A stretch of DNA of 64,000 nt from Deltaproteobacteria bacterium. Its GTDB lineage: Bacteria; Myxococcota; XYA12-FULL-58-9; JABJBS01. This document shows positions 1 through 8,985 of the stretch, one piece after another. The notes below the pieces were generated by a model. It ran no database searches and was not told the origin of the DNA. It was given only the letters and a program-made list of their open reading frames with translations. The position numbers and the translations under genes were made by a program. Location of the stretch: contig JABJBS010000308.1 of assembly GCA_018668695.1 (NCBI GenBank), positions 1,430 through 65,429 on the forward strand, read 5' to 3'. How positions within the stretch are numbered: the first letter of the stretch is position 1; each line of letters starts with the position of its first letter.

Positions 1-1227
1 ACCACCCGGCTTCAAAAACAAATCGGCTCTGGACAAGGTCTATCATCAGCCGAGTTAAAGCTCGACCGTCATAGGATTCTCATTATAGACGGCGACGAAA
101 ATACTCGAAGCCTACTTACTGAGCTTCTACAAAGTTGGGGTATTTCCACAGGCAGCGCGGCCAGTGGTAAAGAAGGTCTCCAGACCTTAGAACGGGCTCA
201 CCAAGAAGGTGCACCATTTGATACTGTGTTGCTTGATCTGCAGCTTCCAGGCATCGACGGTCTTGAAATTGCCCGGCGCGTGAAATCATCCGAAAATCTT
301 CAAGGCACCAATCTCATCACGCTCACCTCCGTTACGCAGCGGGGTCACGGTAATCAGGTCTATGAAGCAGGCATCGTTGGCTACTTACCCAAGCCGGTCC
401 GTGCTTTTGAGCTACATGAAGCACTCTACGAACTCGACTCCTTACGTGCGCAGCATGGAAATGATTTCCCGCTGATCACCCGTCATAGCATCGCCGAAAA
501 TAAAGTGGCTCAAAAAAGTATCGAACGCATTTTAATTGCTGAAGACAATATTGTGAATCAAGAAGTCACCCGTGAAATGGTAGAAGAACTCGGCTACGAG
601 TCTGTGGTCGTCGAAAACGGACAGGAAGCGTTAGAACAAGAACTCACCGGACTCTACTGTGCTATCCTCATGGACTGTCATATGCCGGAGATGAATGGTT
701 TTGAAGCAACTCAAGCCATACGTGAACGAGCAGGTTCTCATAACCGGATTCCTATCATCGCGCTCACCGCAGCGGCTATGGCTGAAGATAAACAAAAAGC
801 GATGGAAGCGGGCATGGATGATTACCTGTCCAAGCCAGTTCGACCCGATACTCTCAAAACAATGCTTCACAAGTGGACATCAGCACCGGGCTCCGATGAT
901 AAGGCCAGCTTTGAACCTGCTCTGCTTGACTCATCCAAAAAACGGGGAAAGATTCAACTTGAGATCTTCATTGCGCAACTTGAAATTTTCATTGAGATCA
1001 TTGGGGCCGCCTATGAAGCGGGTAATGCAAAAGGGCTAAGTTCCGAAGGGAAAGCATTGGAGCGCAGTGGAGCAGAAATTGGCTCACCCAAGATTATCAA
1101 CCTGGCTCGAGACCTACAATTGGTAGCTGCATCGACGAAATTAGATGTGGTTCAATCGGTAATTGATGATTTAAAAGAGACGTGCGGCGAGCTCACCGAG
1201 CATTGCCAAACCGTCAGCGCTCACTAA
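1..1227 (+). CDS. Hybrid sensor kinase, C-terminal fragment (5' end outside window): REC-REC-degenerate Hpt
   Basis: Frame 1 is open from nt 1 to TAA 1225-1227. Upstream of the listed ORF it reads RILIIDGDENTRSLL...DTVLLDLQLPGIDG...LPKP (REC1). The second REC reads ILIAEDNIVNQEV...ILMDCHMPEMNG...IIALTAAA...YLSKP. The last ~90 aa align to Hpt, but the HxxKG His is Lys (EGKALERSGAEIG). Confidence 0.8.
   Translation, partial: TTRLQKQIGSGQGLSSAELKLDRHRILIIDGDENTRSLLTELLQSWGISTGSAASGKEGLQTLERAHQEGAPFDTVLLDLQLPGIDGLEIARRVKSSENLQGTNLITLTSVTQRGHGNQVYEAGIVGYLPKPVRAFELHEALYELDSLRAQHGNDFPLITRHSIAENKVAQKSIERILIAEDNIVNQEVTREMVEELGYESVVVENGQEALEQELTGLYCAILMDCHMPEMNGFEATQAIRERAGSHNRIPIIALTAAAMAEDKQKAMEAGMDDYLSKPVRPDTLKTMLHKWTSAPGSDDKASFEPALLDSSKKRGKIQLEIFIAQLEIFIEIIGAAYEAGNAKGLSSEGKALERSGAEIGSPKIINLARDLQLVAASTKLDVVQSVIDDLKETCGELTEHCQTVSAH
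955..996 (+). repeat. In-frame 21-bp tandem duplication (QLEIFIA/QLEIFIE) inside the degenerate Hpt region
   Basis: caacttgagatcttcattgcg (955-975) is followed directly by caacttgaaattttcattgag (976-996), 18/21 identical. Confidence 0.9.
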
Positions 1228-1231
1228 GCCA

Positions 1232-1582
1232 TCAACCCGGGACGAGTAAATCACGAAAAGCTTTATGAGCAACCGTTAAGCGCTGGTTGAGCTCGTCCCA
1301 TTTTTCAGCCCCTCCATCTACGGTCCCAGACTCACCAAGCTGCTCTAAGTCTGATGCGATTTCTGCAACTCTAGCTGCACCGATCGAACTGCTGGCACTT
1401 TTGAGTGAATGGGCGGACTCCTCAAGAGCCTTCGTTTCCCCGGCCTCTATATTTTCCTTGATCACACCCAGCAGCCGCTTAGAGTCTTCCTCAAAAACAT
1501 CCACCAGATTCGGAAAAAATCCAACTTTTTTAATGCGCTGCAAAACAGCGACGATGGACATATCTAAAGTTTCATCGGACAT
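1232..1582 (-). CDS. Histidine phosphotransfer (Hpt) protein
   Basis: 116-aa protein with the canonical Hpt motif AHSLKSASSSIGAARV. It lies 41 nt downstream of the REC-REC-STAS gene on the same strand. Confidence 0.85.
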   Translation of the reverse strand: MSDETLDMSIVAVLQRIKKVGFFPNLVDVFEEDSKRLLGVIKENIEAGETKALEESAHSLKSASSSIGAARVAEIASDLEQLGESGTVDGGAEKWDELNQRLTVAHKAFRDLLVPG

Positions 1583-1623
1583 TTTAGTTCTTTCTTTTCG
1601 CTATAAACGAGCGGCGCGGTAGA

Positions 1624-2733
1624 TTAGCCCGCACTGGCCATAGCCTCGGCCAACGTATCGAAGACCTGCACACCCTCGGCGTCATCTTCTGCTTCGATAG
1701 CAGCCTTAACATCATCACCGCCAACGATTCGGGCCTCTAACCCAAGCTCGGAGCAGCATTGCAAGGAAACCGAAACCAGCATCGTCATCAGGCTCGAGGC
1801 AGGGAGATTTGTATAATCCAAAGTGACATCGTCAAAACAATCAGACGCCAGCTGCTCGATCGCTCCACCAATAAGCTCGGCCATTCGAGAATAGTACTCT
1901 TCGTACTCACCCTTACCGCGGCCCGGTTTGGCTTGAAGTAAGTTCTCGTCAATCATGAGAATCTCGTCAAAAGATTCCGGATTATCGCTGTTGATCAAAA
2001 CGAGGTCTTCAATTTGAGACGCCTGGAACGGCTTCGTAATATAGCCGTCAAAACCAGCGGTAAACGCTTCATTCATAGGATCTGCAACGTTACGCAGATA
2101 CATGGCTAAATAGCGCGCATTGGGCAGTAGCGTTTTGATACGTCCGGCAAGCTCAAGACTATCCTCGTCGGGAATTATCATATCGATGATAACTGTCTTA
2201 AATTTAAAATCGTTACAAAGCTGAATAGCCTCTTCTGAACTCACACAGCTCTTATATTCCATGCGTTCAGGCATAAATTTGGCAAACTTATCGGCGACCT
2301 TTTGGCTGTCATCCACCAATAAGACGTCGACGACCGCAGTCTCTTCTTCCTCGGCCTTCTCACCAGGCGTGAAATTATCGCCCAAGACCTTACCAACCTT
2401 CATCGTCAGCTCGTCTGTCTTTACGGGCTTTACGATATAATCGGTGAGATTATGCTGCATACACCGGGCGATCACAGAGGTTTCGGTTTTCGAGGTAAGT
2501 AAAATAACGGGGACTTCATTTTCAGCCGCACGTAGGGTGGCCAACATCGTAGGCCCGTCCATCACAGGCATCATGACATCCAGCAAAATGAGATCGACAG
2601 GAGCCTCAGCGAGAAGCTCCATCGCCTGCTTGCCATTCTCGGCTTCCACAGTCTCGTAGCCTGCTTCTCCGAGAGACGCCGTGATGATTGACCGAACCAA
2701 TCGGCTGTCATCCACTGTCATTATCCGCGCCAT
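1624..2733 (-). CDS. Response regulator with two receiver domains and a C-terminal STAS-like (anti-sigma antagonist-type) domain
   Basis: I chose the internal ATG at 2733 (MARIMTVDDSRLVRS...), which starts directly in REC beta1. REC1 reads DLILLDVMMPVMDG...LLTSK...YIVKP. REC2 is degenerate (VIIDMIIPDEDS...YITKP). The C-terminus DDVTLDYTNLPASSLMTMLVSV...LEARIVGGDD is STAS-like. Confidence 0.75.
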   Translation of the reverse strand: MARIMTVDDSRLVRSIITASLGEAGYETVEAENGKQAMELLAEAPVDLILLDVMMPVMDGPTMLATLRAAENEVPVILLTSKTETSVIARCMQHNLTDYIVKPVKTDELTMKVGKVLGDNFTPGEKAEEEETAVVDVLLVDDSQKVADKFAKFMPERMEYKSCVSSEEAIQLCNDFKFKTVIIDMIIPDEDSLELAGRIKTLLPNARYLAMYLRNVADPMNEAFTAGFDGYITKPFQASQIEDLVLINSDNPESFDEILMIDENLLQAKPGRGKGEYEEYYSRMAELIGGAIEQLASDCFDDVTLDYTNLPASSLMTMLVSVSLQCCSELGLEARIVGGDDVKAAIEAEDDAEGVQVFDTLAEAMASAG

Positions 2734-3038
2734 AACGGCCCTTCTGTCCCCATTACACGAAATCGTACCAAGCAAGTGCCTGAACGAAGCCCTTAAGCCC
2801 TGCAAGCGCAGCGCCCACGTCAAGCATAGTCTCAAAACTAAGGTCAATTCAAAGCCACGCGTCTTATTACTCTCACCCAATCGCAATGTTCGTCTCCCAT
2901 TCCTCGCAAATTCGAGGAATCATTATAAAAATCATACACATAGGATTAATCCGAGTGGTTCAACCCTGCCGATCGGGCACATTTGATGAGCAAAGATTCT
3001 GGACCATAAGGGCCGCTCCCTCTACACTCGTACCTACT

Positions 3039-3911
3039 ATGGCAGCACAAACAAAACGCAGTTCAGAACTTCAGAACCTCGTCGAAAACACCGTTGATCT
3101 CCCGGTGGTTCCTATGGTCGCAAGCCGGGTAATCGACGAAGTCGCCAATCACAAAAGTACGGCAGACAGTCTCTCAAAGATTATCGGGCAAGATCAGGCC
3201 CTACTCGGACGAATCCTTCGAATCGCCAACAGTCCGTTTTATAGAGGTCGAATCCCCACGAGTACCCTTCAAGCAGCTATTGTTCGCTTAGGGCCCGCAC
3301 TGGTGCGTGACCTTGTCATATCTCTTTCGACACAATCGCTCTTCAAAGAGTTCGATAGCTTTGAACAACAGATGTGGAATCACAGTTTGGCGGCAGCGTT
3401 TGGGGCGCAACTCGTCGCCGCGGAAGCTCATGTCGCAAACCCGGATGAAGCATTTGTGGCTGGTCTCCTTCACGACGTCGGAAAAACGATTCTCGTGAAT
3501 CACAATCCCGACTACTCGGATCTCTTACTTGAAGCGAATGCTAACAACCGCCCTCACCATGAAGTCGAGCGTGAAGCATACGGTTTTGACCATGCTGATG
3601 TTGGCGGGGTTCTCATGGGTAAGTGGCAGCTTGCCGACACACTCGTAGAATCCGTTCGCTACCATCATCGCCTTGACGAGCTGGAAGAAGCCCCTCAAAG
3701 CGCGCGAGCTCTTATCTGCGTCATCGCGGTCGCCGATTCTCTGGCCTATAAATTAGGTTTATCCATTGGCGAAACGGTTCGCCCCCTTGAAGCCGATACA
3801 CATGTTGGTTGTAAAATTCTTGGACTGAACCAGGAGCAAATTGAGACTCTCTCAGAAAAACTCAAAGAGACCTATGACGCCAATTATGAATTAATGGGCG
3901 GAGCTGGCTAG
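3039..3911 (+). CDS. HDOD domain signalling protein
   Basis: Start at ATG 3039 (MAAQTKRSS...). LPVVPMVASRVIDEV..., LLHDVGKTILV and FDHADVGGVLMGKW are typical HDOD (HD-related output domain) signatures. Confidence 0.8.
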   Translation: MAAQTKRSSELQNLVENTVDLPVVPMVASRVIDEVANHKSTADSLSKIIGQDQALLGRILRIANSPFYRGRIPTSTLQAAIVRLGPALVRDLVISLSTQSLFKEFDSFEQQMWNHSLAAAFGAQLVAAEAHVANPDEAFVAGLLHDVGKTILVNHNPDYSDLLLEANANNRPHHEVEREAYGFDHADVGGVLMGKWQLADTLVESVRYHHRLDELEEAPQSARALICVIAVADSLAYKLGLSIGETVRPLEADTHVGCKILGLNQEQIETLSEKLKETYDANYELMGGAG

Positions 3912-5830
3912 CTCTTCGCTGACTTTCTTTTAACAACAGAAATCTTGGAAACTGGCTTCGGAGCCAACCGTATACCGCGCGCTGTGACCGCAGTCATTTC
4001 AAGCTCGCTCAGCTTAAACTTCGCACCCTTCACGCGCTGACGCGCTGCTGGAGTGAATGTGAGGTCTACTGTTTCTTTTCGGTCACCCTCCAAGAGAACA
4101 TCTAAGCGGCCCTTGGCATCTTTAACCAGTCTGTATTGCTTATTGCGGATGAACTTGTGGATATGAATGCGCTTCGCGTAAGCTATCTTCTTCGCATCGC
4201 GGTATACCACCGTGAAATGAACACCCTCTTCTGGGTCGAAAACTTCACAATATAGAATCTTCGCAGAAAGCAGGACTTTCTCTTGCGGAGTCATAATGCT
4301 GTAAGTGCCGTCCGCGCATATAACAAGAACCACATCGTACTCGCTCACGGTAAGCTGAAGGTCTTTGCCCTTAACACTTGAACCAAAGAATCCCGATTTC
4401 TTATCGTAATTCAGCTTAATGTTTTGGCTTGCAACCGCGCGCTTATCGACCGTCTCAAAACCTTCGACTTTGGTGCGGCGCTTATACTGCTTACCATAAC
4501 GAGCCAGGATATCTTCGAGGTAGGTAATCGTGGTTTTGGTTAGGTTGCGCAGTTTTGTTTTCAAAGCTTTGATGGCAGCTAAAACATCACCAACATCTTT
4601 GCGATGCTTCTCAATATCAAATGCAGAGATTCTGCGGATTGGCAACGCGAGTAAGCGCTTCACATCATCGTCGTCAATAGGACGAACAAATTTCTTCGCA
4701 AAAGGAGCCATGCCTTTATAAACGGCATCCTTTAAACCCTTTTCAGACTTCACTCGCTCTAAGGCCTTATAAACCTTGTTCTCAATGAAGATCTGCTCAA
4801 GCGTCATCCAGTGATGCTTGTCTGCTAATTTACTGAGTTCGTAATTCAGCTCAGCCTTAATTTGCTCTCGAAGCTGTGCCGTGAGGTATCGCAAGAGGTC
4901 GTTCACGCTCCAAACAACAGGGCGGCGGTCCTCAATGGCAATGATATTCGATGTGATGGAAACTTCACAATCGGTGTAGGCGTAGAGCTGCTGAATCACA
5001 TCGTCAGCATAAACACCGCGAGATAAAATAAGCTCAATCTCTACCTTATCCGTAGTGAAATCGTTGATGCTCGAGATTTTAACTTTGTTTTTCTGCGCAG
5101 CCGATTCGATTGACGCAATCAAACTCTCGGTGGTGGTCGAATAAGGAATTTCTCGAATGAAAATTCGCTTCTCACCATCAGATTCAAGCTTTGCTCGAAC
5201 CCGTACTTTGCCGCGGCCTAAGTCGTATTCACTAACATCCACAATTCCGCCGTGTTGAAAATCGGGCAGAATGCGAAATGGCTTACCTTGAAGAATCTTA
5301 ATTTGACCACGAAGTAGTTCACAAAAGTTGTGTGGCAAGACCTTGGTCGCCATACCAACGGCGATACCTTCAATACCCAGCATCAAAACAATCGGAAGCT
5401 TAGCGGGTAAGAATATTGGCTCTTGCCGACGACCGTCGTAGCTTTTTTCCCAGGTCGTGAGTGCTTTATTGAAGACTGTTTCACGTGCCAGAGGTGTTAG
5501 CCGGCATTCGATATATCGAGAGGCGGCCGCCGAGTGCCCTGTAATGACGTTACCAAAGTTACCCTGCTTTTCGATGAAATAATCTTTGTTTGCCAGCACA
5601 ACCAGGGCATTCGCAATCGATGCATCCCCGTGTGGGTGAAGCTTCATGGATTCACCAATAACATTGGCTACCTTATGAAACTTTCCGTCATCCATCGTGA
5701 ATAACGTGTGCAAAATACGTCGCTGGACGGGTTTACAGCCGTCACGAACATCGGGAATTGCACGGTCTACAACAACGTAGCTCGCGTACTCCAAGAAATT
5801 CTGTTGCATGATGGGTTCGAGATAACTCAT
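3908..5830 (-). CDS. parC: Type IIA DNA topoisomerase subunit A (topoisomerase IV ParC-like, short C-terminal domain)
   Basis: DVRDGCKPVQRRILHTL, HPHGDASI and the active-site Tyr context AAASRYIECRL. At 640 aa it is too short for GyrA. It starts 2 nt after the subunit B stop. Confidence 0.8.
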   Translation of the reverse strand: MSYLEPIMQQNFLEYASYVVVDRAIPDVRDGCKPVQRRILHTLFTMDDGKFHKVANVIGESMKLHPHGDASIANALVVLANKDYFIEKQGNFGNVITGHSAAASRYIECRLTPLARETVFNKALTTWEKSYDGRRQEPIFLPAKLPIVLMLGIEGIAVGMATKVLPHNFCELLRGQIKILQGKPFRILPDFQHGGIVDVSEYDLGRGKVRVRAKLESDGEKRIFIREIPYSTTTESLIASIESAAQKNKVKISSINDFTTDKVEIELILSRGVYADDVIQQLYAYTDCEVSITSNIIAIEDRRPVVWSVNDLLRYLTAQLREQIKAELNYELSKLADKHHWMTLEQIFIENKVYKALERVKSEKGLKDAVYKGMAPFAKKFVRPIDDDDVKRLLALPIRRISAFDIEKHRKDVGDVLAAIKALKTKLRNLTKTTITYLEDILARYGKQYKRRTKVEGFETVDKRAVASQNIKLNYDKKSGFFGSSVKGKDLQLTVSEYDVVLVICADGTYSIMTPQEKVLLSAKILYCEVFDPEEGVHFTVVYRDAKKIAYAKRIHIHKFIRNKQYRLVKDAKGRLDVLLEGDRKETVDLTFTPAARQRVKGAKFKLSELEMTAVTARGIRLAPKPVSKISVVKRKSAKS

Positions 5831-5832
5831 GA

Positions 5833-7650
5833 CTACACCAAATCCGTAATGAGGTTTTCTACAATAAAGTCACGGCGCGCCGGAGTGTTCTTGCCCATAT
5901 AGAAATCAAGTGTTTGATTGATTTCGCTCAAGTTATGGACGGCAACTGGAACCAATCGCATATCACCAGAGATGAATTGCTTGAATTCTCCAGGGCTAAT
6001 CTCACCAAGTCCCTTAAACCGTGTGATTTCAGGAGAGGAGATCCGCTCAATCACTTCATCGCGCTCTGCTTCGCTGTAACAGTAGTTGGTCTCTTTCTTG
6101 TTACGCACTCGAAAGAGAGGCGTTTCAAGAATATAGACATGACCGTGAGTCACCAACTCTTCAAAATAGCGAAGAAAATAAGTGAGGAGTAGATTGCGAA
6201 TGTGCATCCCATCAACATCGGCATCGGTTGCAATAACAACCTTGTTGTATCGCAGCCCGTCCAGGCCGTCTTCAACTCCAAGTGCACGCATAATATTATA
6301 AAGCTCTGCGTTCTTGTAGATGGCATCACGCTTGAGTCCATAACAGTTCAAGGGCTTACCCTTGAGCGCAAAAATAGCCTGCGTGTATACGTCACGCGAC
6401 TGCACCATTGCACCACCTGCAGAGTCACCCTCTGTAAGGAAGATCATGGTTTCACTGCGCCGCTTGTCTTTTGTGACGTTGTAGTGCTGCTTGCAATCGG
6501 TCAATTTCGGGATTCGAATCGCGACTTTCTTAGCCCGCTCTTTGGCCTGCTTCTTTACCGACGCCAACTCTTTTCGTAGCTTTTCGTTCTGCTTAATCTT
6601 TTCAACAAGCTGATTGGCAATCTCTTCGTTCTGGTGAAGCCAACGAACAACTTCTTCCTTCACCAGTGGGACCACCCAAGAGCGCACATCAGTAGAACCA
6701 AGTTTGTTCTTAGTCTGGCTTTCGAAAACGGGATCTTGAAGCTTAATCGCCACGGCTCCCAGCATACCCTCACGAACATCTTCGCCTGAGAAACTCTTGC
6801 CCGCAAACTCATTCACGCCCTTAAGCACGCCCTCGCGAAAGGCGCTCTGGTGTGTGCCACCGTCGTTGGTGTACTGGCCATTGACGAAACTAAAATAGTT
6901 TTCACCGTAATTACCGGTATGTGTGAATGCGAACTCAATGCGCTCGCCCTTATGCCGAACGATATCGTAAAGTGGAACCGTTTCACCGAGCTCGTAGCCC
7001 AGTAAATCTTGTAAACCAGCTCGACTCTTGAACGTCTTGCCATTGTACTTCAGCGCAAGGCCTGCATTTAAGAATGCGTAATATTGCAGTCGGCGCTCAA
7101 TGAAATCTGTATTCCAATTGTATTTTTTGAAGATCTCTCGGTCTGGGGTAAATCGAATGAATGTCCCGTTGTCTTCGGTGCTCTGCTTCCCTTTTTTCTT
7201 CGACTTAAGCTTTCCTTGGGAAAACTCGGCCCGCATGTATTGGCCGTCACGGTAGCTCACGACTTCAAACAGACTTGAAAGTGCGTTAACCGCTTTGGTA
7301 CCCACGCCATTAAGGCCTACGGAGAACTGAAAAACGTCATCGTTGTACTTACCGCCGGTGTTGATCTGGCTTACGCAATCGACAACCTTGCCCAAAGGAA
7401 TACCTCGGCCGTAATCACGAACGGAGACGGTTTCCTCATCTAAAGAAATCTCGACGGTCTTACCCTCGCCCATAATGAATTCATCGATGGAGTTATCGAC
7501 AACTTCCTTCAGCATAACGTAAACGCCATCTAACGGGTGGCTACCATCGCCGATTCGACCGATGTACATACCCGTTCGCAGGCGGATATGCTGCAAAGCA
7601 TCAAGGGTTTGGATTGCCTTTTCATCGTACGCTACAGCTTTTTTAGCCAT
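5833..7650 (-). CDS. parE: Type IIA DNA topoisomerase subunit B (ParE-like)
   Basis: Start at ATG 7650 (MAKKAVAYDEKAIQTL...). LRTGMYIG, EVVDNSIDE and GLNGVG form the GHKL ATPase. The Toprim motifs are LTEGDSAGG and IATDADVDGMHI. RFKGLGE is also present. Confidence 0.85.
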   Translation of the reverse strand: MAKKAVAYDEKAIQTLDALQHIRLRTGMYIGRIGDGSHPLDGVYVMLKEVVDNSIDEFIMGEGKTVEISLDEETVSVRDYGRGIPLGKVVDCVSQINTGGKYNDDVFQFSVGLNGVGTKAVNALSSLFEVVSYRDGQYMRAEFSQGKLKSKKKGKQSTEDNGTFIRFTPDREIFKKYNWNTDFIERRLQYYAFLNAGLALKYNGKTFKSRAGLQDLLGYELGETVPLYDIVRHKGERIEFAFTHTGNYGENYFSFVNGQYTNDGGTHQSAFREGVLKGVNEFAGKSFSGEDVREGMLGAVAIKLQDPVFESQTKNKLGSTDVRSWVVPLVKEEVVRWLHQNEEIANQLVEKIKQNEKLRKELASVKKQAKERAKKVAIRIPKLTDCKQHYNVTKDKRRSETMIFLTEGDSAGGAMVQSRDVYTQAIFALKGKPLNCYGLKRDAIYKNAELYNIMRALGVEDGLDGLRYNKVVIATDADVDGMHIRNLLLTYFLRYFEELVTHGHVYILETPLFRVRNKKETNYCYSEAERDEVIERISSPEITRFKGLGEISPGEFKQFISGDMRLVPVAVHNLSEINQTLDFYMGKNTPARRDFIVENLITDLV

Positions 7651-7863
7651 CTCAGTCCTCTCAAGCACAACATCTAGAATGAGGGTGTAACACATGGGTC
7701 CGATACAAAAACAAGCCCCAAGAAAGGATTTAGGTTCTTTTGGTGGCGATCCAGAAGCCTAAGTTATTGAATTTTAATCGATGGTCGCTTGATTTACGCT
7801 GAATCGAGCGTTAGTACGACATTAAGATGTCCCCGCCATCCGGCCACCTGGAGTTACCAAAAC

Positions 7864-8940
7864 ATGGCAAGTAAGCGCGCAGTCCTAGAGACGCTGAAAG
7901 TTAAAGATCTGATCTTCGTTGCTGATAAGTTTGAAATTCAGCTGGAGAACCGACGCAAAAAAGACGACGTAGTTGCGTCTATCGCCAAGACTCGCAAAGT
8001 TGCTATTGGTGAGCTGCTGCAGGCGTTGCCGCTTGCCACTCTCAAAGCTTCTTGCGCCAGCCTGGACATTGAAGCCAAAGGGCGCAGCAAAGCTGGTTTT
8101 GTTGAAGCGTTAACAGGTCCTGCAAAGAAAAAAGCAGCGGCAAAGCCAAAGGCTGAAAAAGCGCCTGCGAAGAAAAAAGCAGCGACAAAGCCAAAGGCTG
8201 AAAAAGCACCGGCGAAGAAAAAAGCAGCGGCCAAGCCAAAAGCTGAAAAAGCACCGGCGAAGAAAAAAGCGGCAGCCAAGCCGAAGGCTGAAAAAGCACC
8301 GGCGAAGAAAAAAGCAGCAGCGAAGCCGAAGGCTGAAAAAGCACCGGCGAAGAAAAAGGCAGTAGCCAAGCCAAAAACTGAAAAAGTACCGGCGAAGAAA
8401 AAAGCAGTAGCGAAGCCAAAGGCGGAAAAAGCGCCGGCGAAGAAAAAAGCAGTAGCAAAACCAAAGGCCGAAAAAGCGCCGGTTGAAGAAAAAGCGGCAG
8501 CGGAGCCAAAGGCTGAAAAAGCACCCGTTACCGTTAAGAAGAAAAAACAACCGCTCATCAATAAGGCACCCATAGAAGCCCCTAAGAAGGAAGCTGATTC
8601 TGAGCCACGCCAGGCGGTTCTTGATAAAGTTGCCAGCATCAAGCCGGCCGAGACCTCACAGCCTGATTACAGTCAGATTAAAAAAGAATACGTTGGCCTT
8701 GAGATTCAAAAGGTTGATTGCCCTTCATGCGCTGCCGAGGTGAAACTTGCCAATTGCCAAGCTCACCAGTGTTCAAACCGCTTTGTTTTTCAACAACGAA
8801 AAATCTGCGCCAGCTGCTGGTACGAGAGAAGCTCGGTATCCATCGGTGAGTATTTAGACGAAGACAGAATCGATACCCGTTGTGCAGCTTGTTCCGCAGA
8901 GATCGATGTTGAGTCATTTGCCGGTCTCAAATCAGCTTAA
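7864..8940 (+). CDS. Histone H1-like Lys/Ala/Pro repeat protein with N-terminal HeH/SAP-like motifs and a C-terminal Cys-rich zinc-ribbon-like domain
   Basis: Start at ATG 7864 with GGAG upstream. It contains nine 15-aa APAKKKAAAKPKAEK repeats. The N-terminus has LETLKVKDLIFVADKFEI and LLQALPLATLKASCASLDIEAKGRSKAGFVEAL. The C-terminus has CPSC...C...C...CASC...CAAC. Confidence 0.75.
   Translation: MASKRAVLETLKVKDLIFVADKFEIQLENRRKKDDVVASIAKTRKVAIGELLQALPLATLKASCASLDIEAKGRSKAGFVEALTGPAKKKAAAKPKAEKAPAKKKAATKPKAEKAPAKKKAAAKPKAEKAPAKKKAAAKPKAEKAPAKKKAAAKPKAEKAPAKKKAVAKPKTEKVPAKKKAVAKPKAEKAPAKKKAVAKPKAEKAPVEEKAAAEPKAEKAPVTVKKKKQPLINKAPIEAPKKEADSEPRQAVLDKVASIKPAETSQPDYSQIKKEYVGLEIQKVDCPSCAAEVKLANCQAHQCSNRFVFQQRKICASCWYERSSVSIGEYLDEDRIDTRCAACSAEIDVESFAGLKSA
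8116..8547 (+). repeat. 45-bp tandem coding repeat array (9 full units plus a partial unit)
   Basis: The unit gcaccggcgaagaaaaaagcagcggccaagccaaaggctgaaaaa repeats head-to-tail from 8116 to 8520, with a degenerate tenth unit. Units differ mainly at synonymous sites and A/V/T positions. Confidence 0.95.
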
Positions 8941-8985
8941 ACTCAAAGCTGATTCCTTCGGGTGTACTCTGCGTGCCCGGCCATT

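Noticed and set aside
7938-8642. Three long minus-strand ORFs (234, 160 and 146 aa; FFFAGAFSAFG-type, LLFSSPVLFQ-type and CFFLRR-type) antisense to the H1-like repeat gene
   Set aside because: They exist only because the 45-bp Lys/Ala repeat lacks stop codons in the antisense frames. Their sequences are repeat-periodic nonsense with no start context, and the sense frame has clear domain structure.
8930-8954. 9-bp AT-rich inverted repeat aatcagctt/aagctgatt spanning the stop codon of the H1-like gene
   Set aside because: The stem is weak, no T-run follows, and it overlaps the coding end. I do not call it a terminator.
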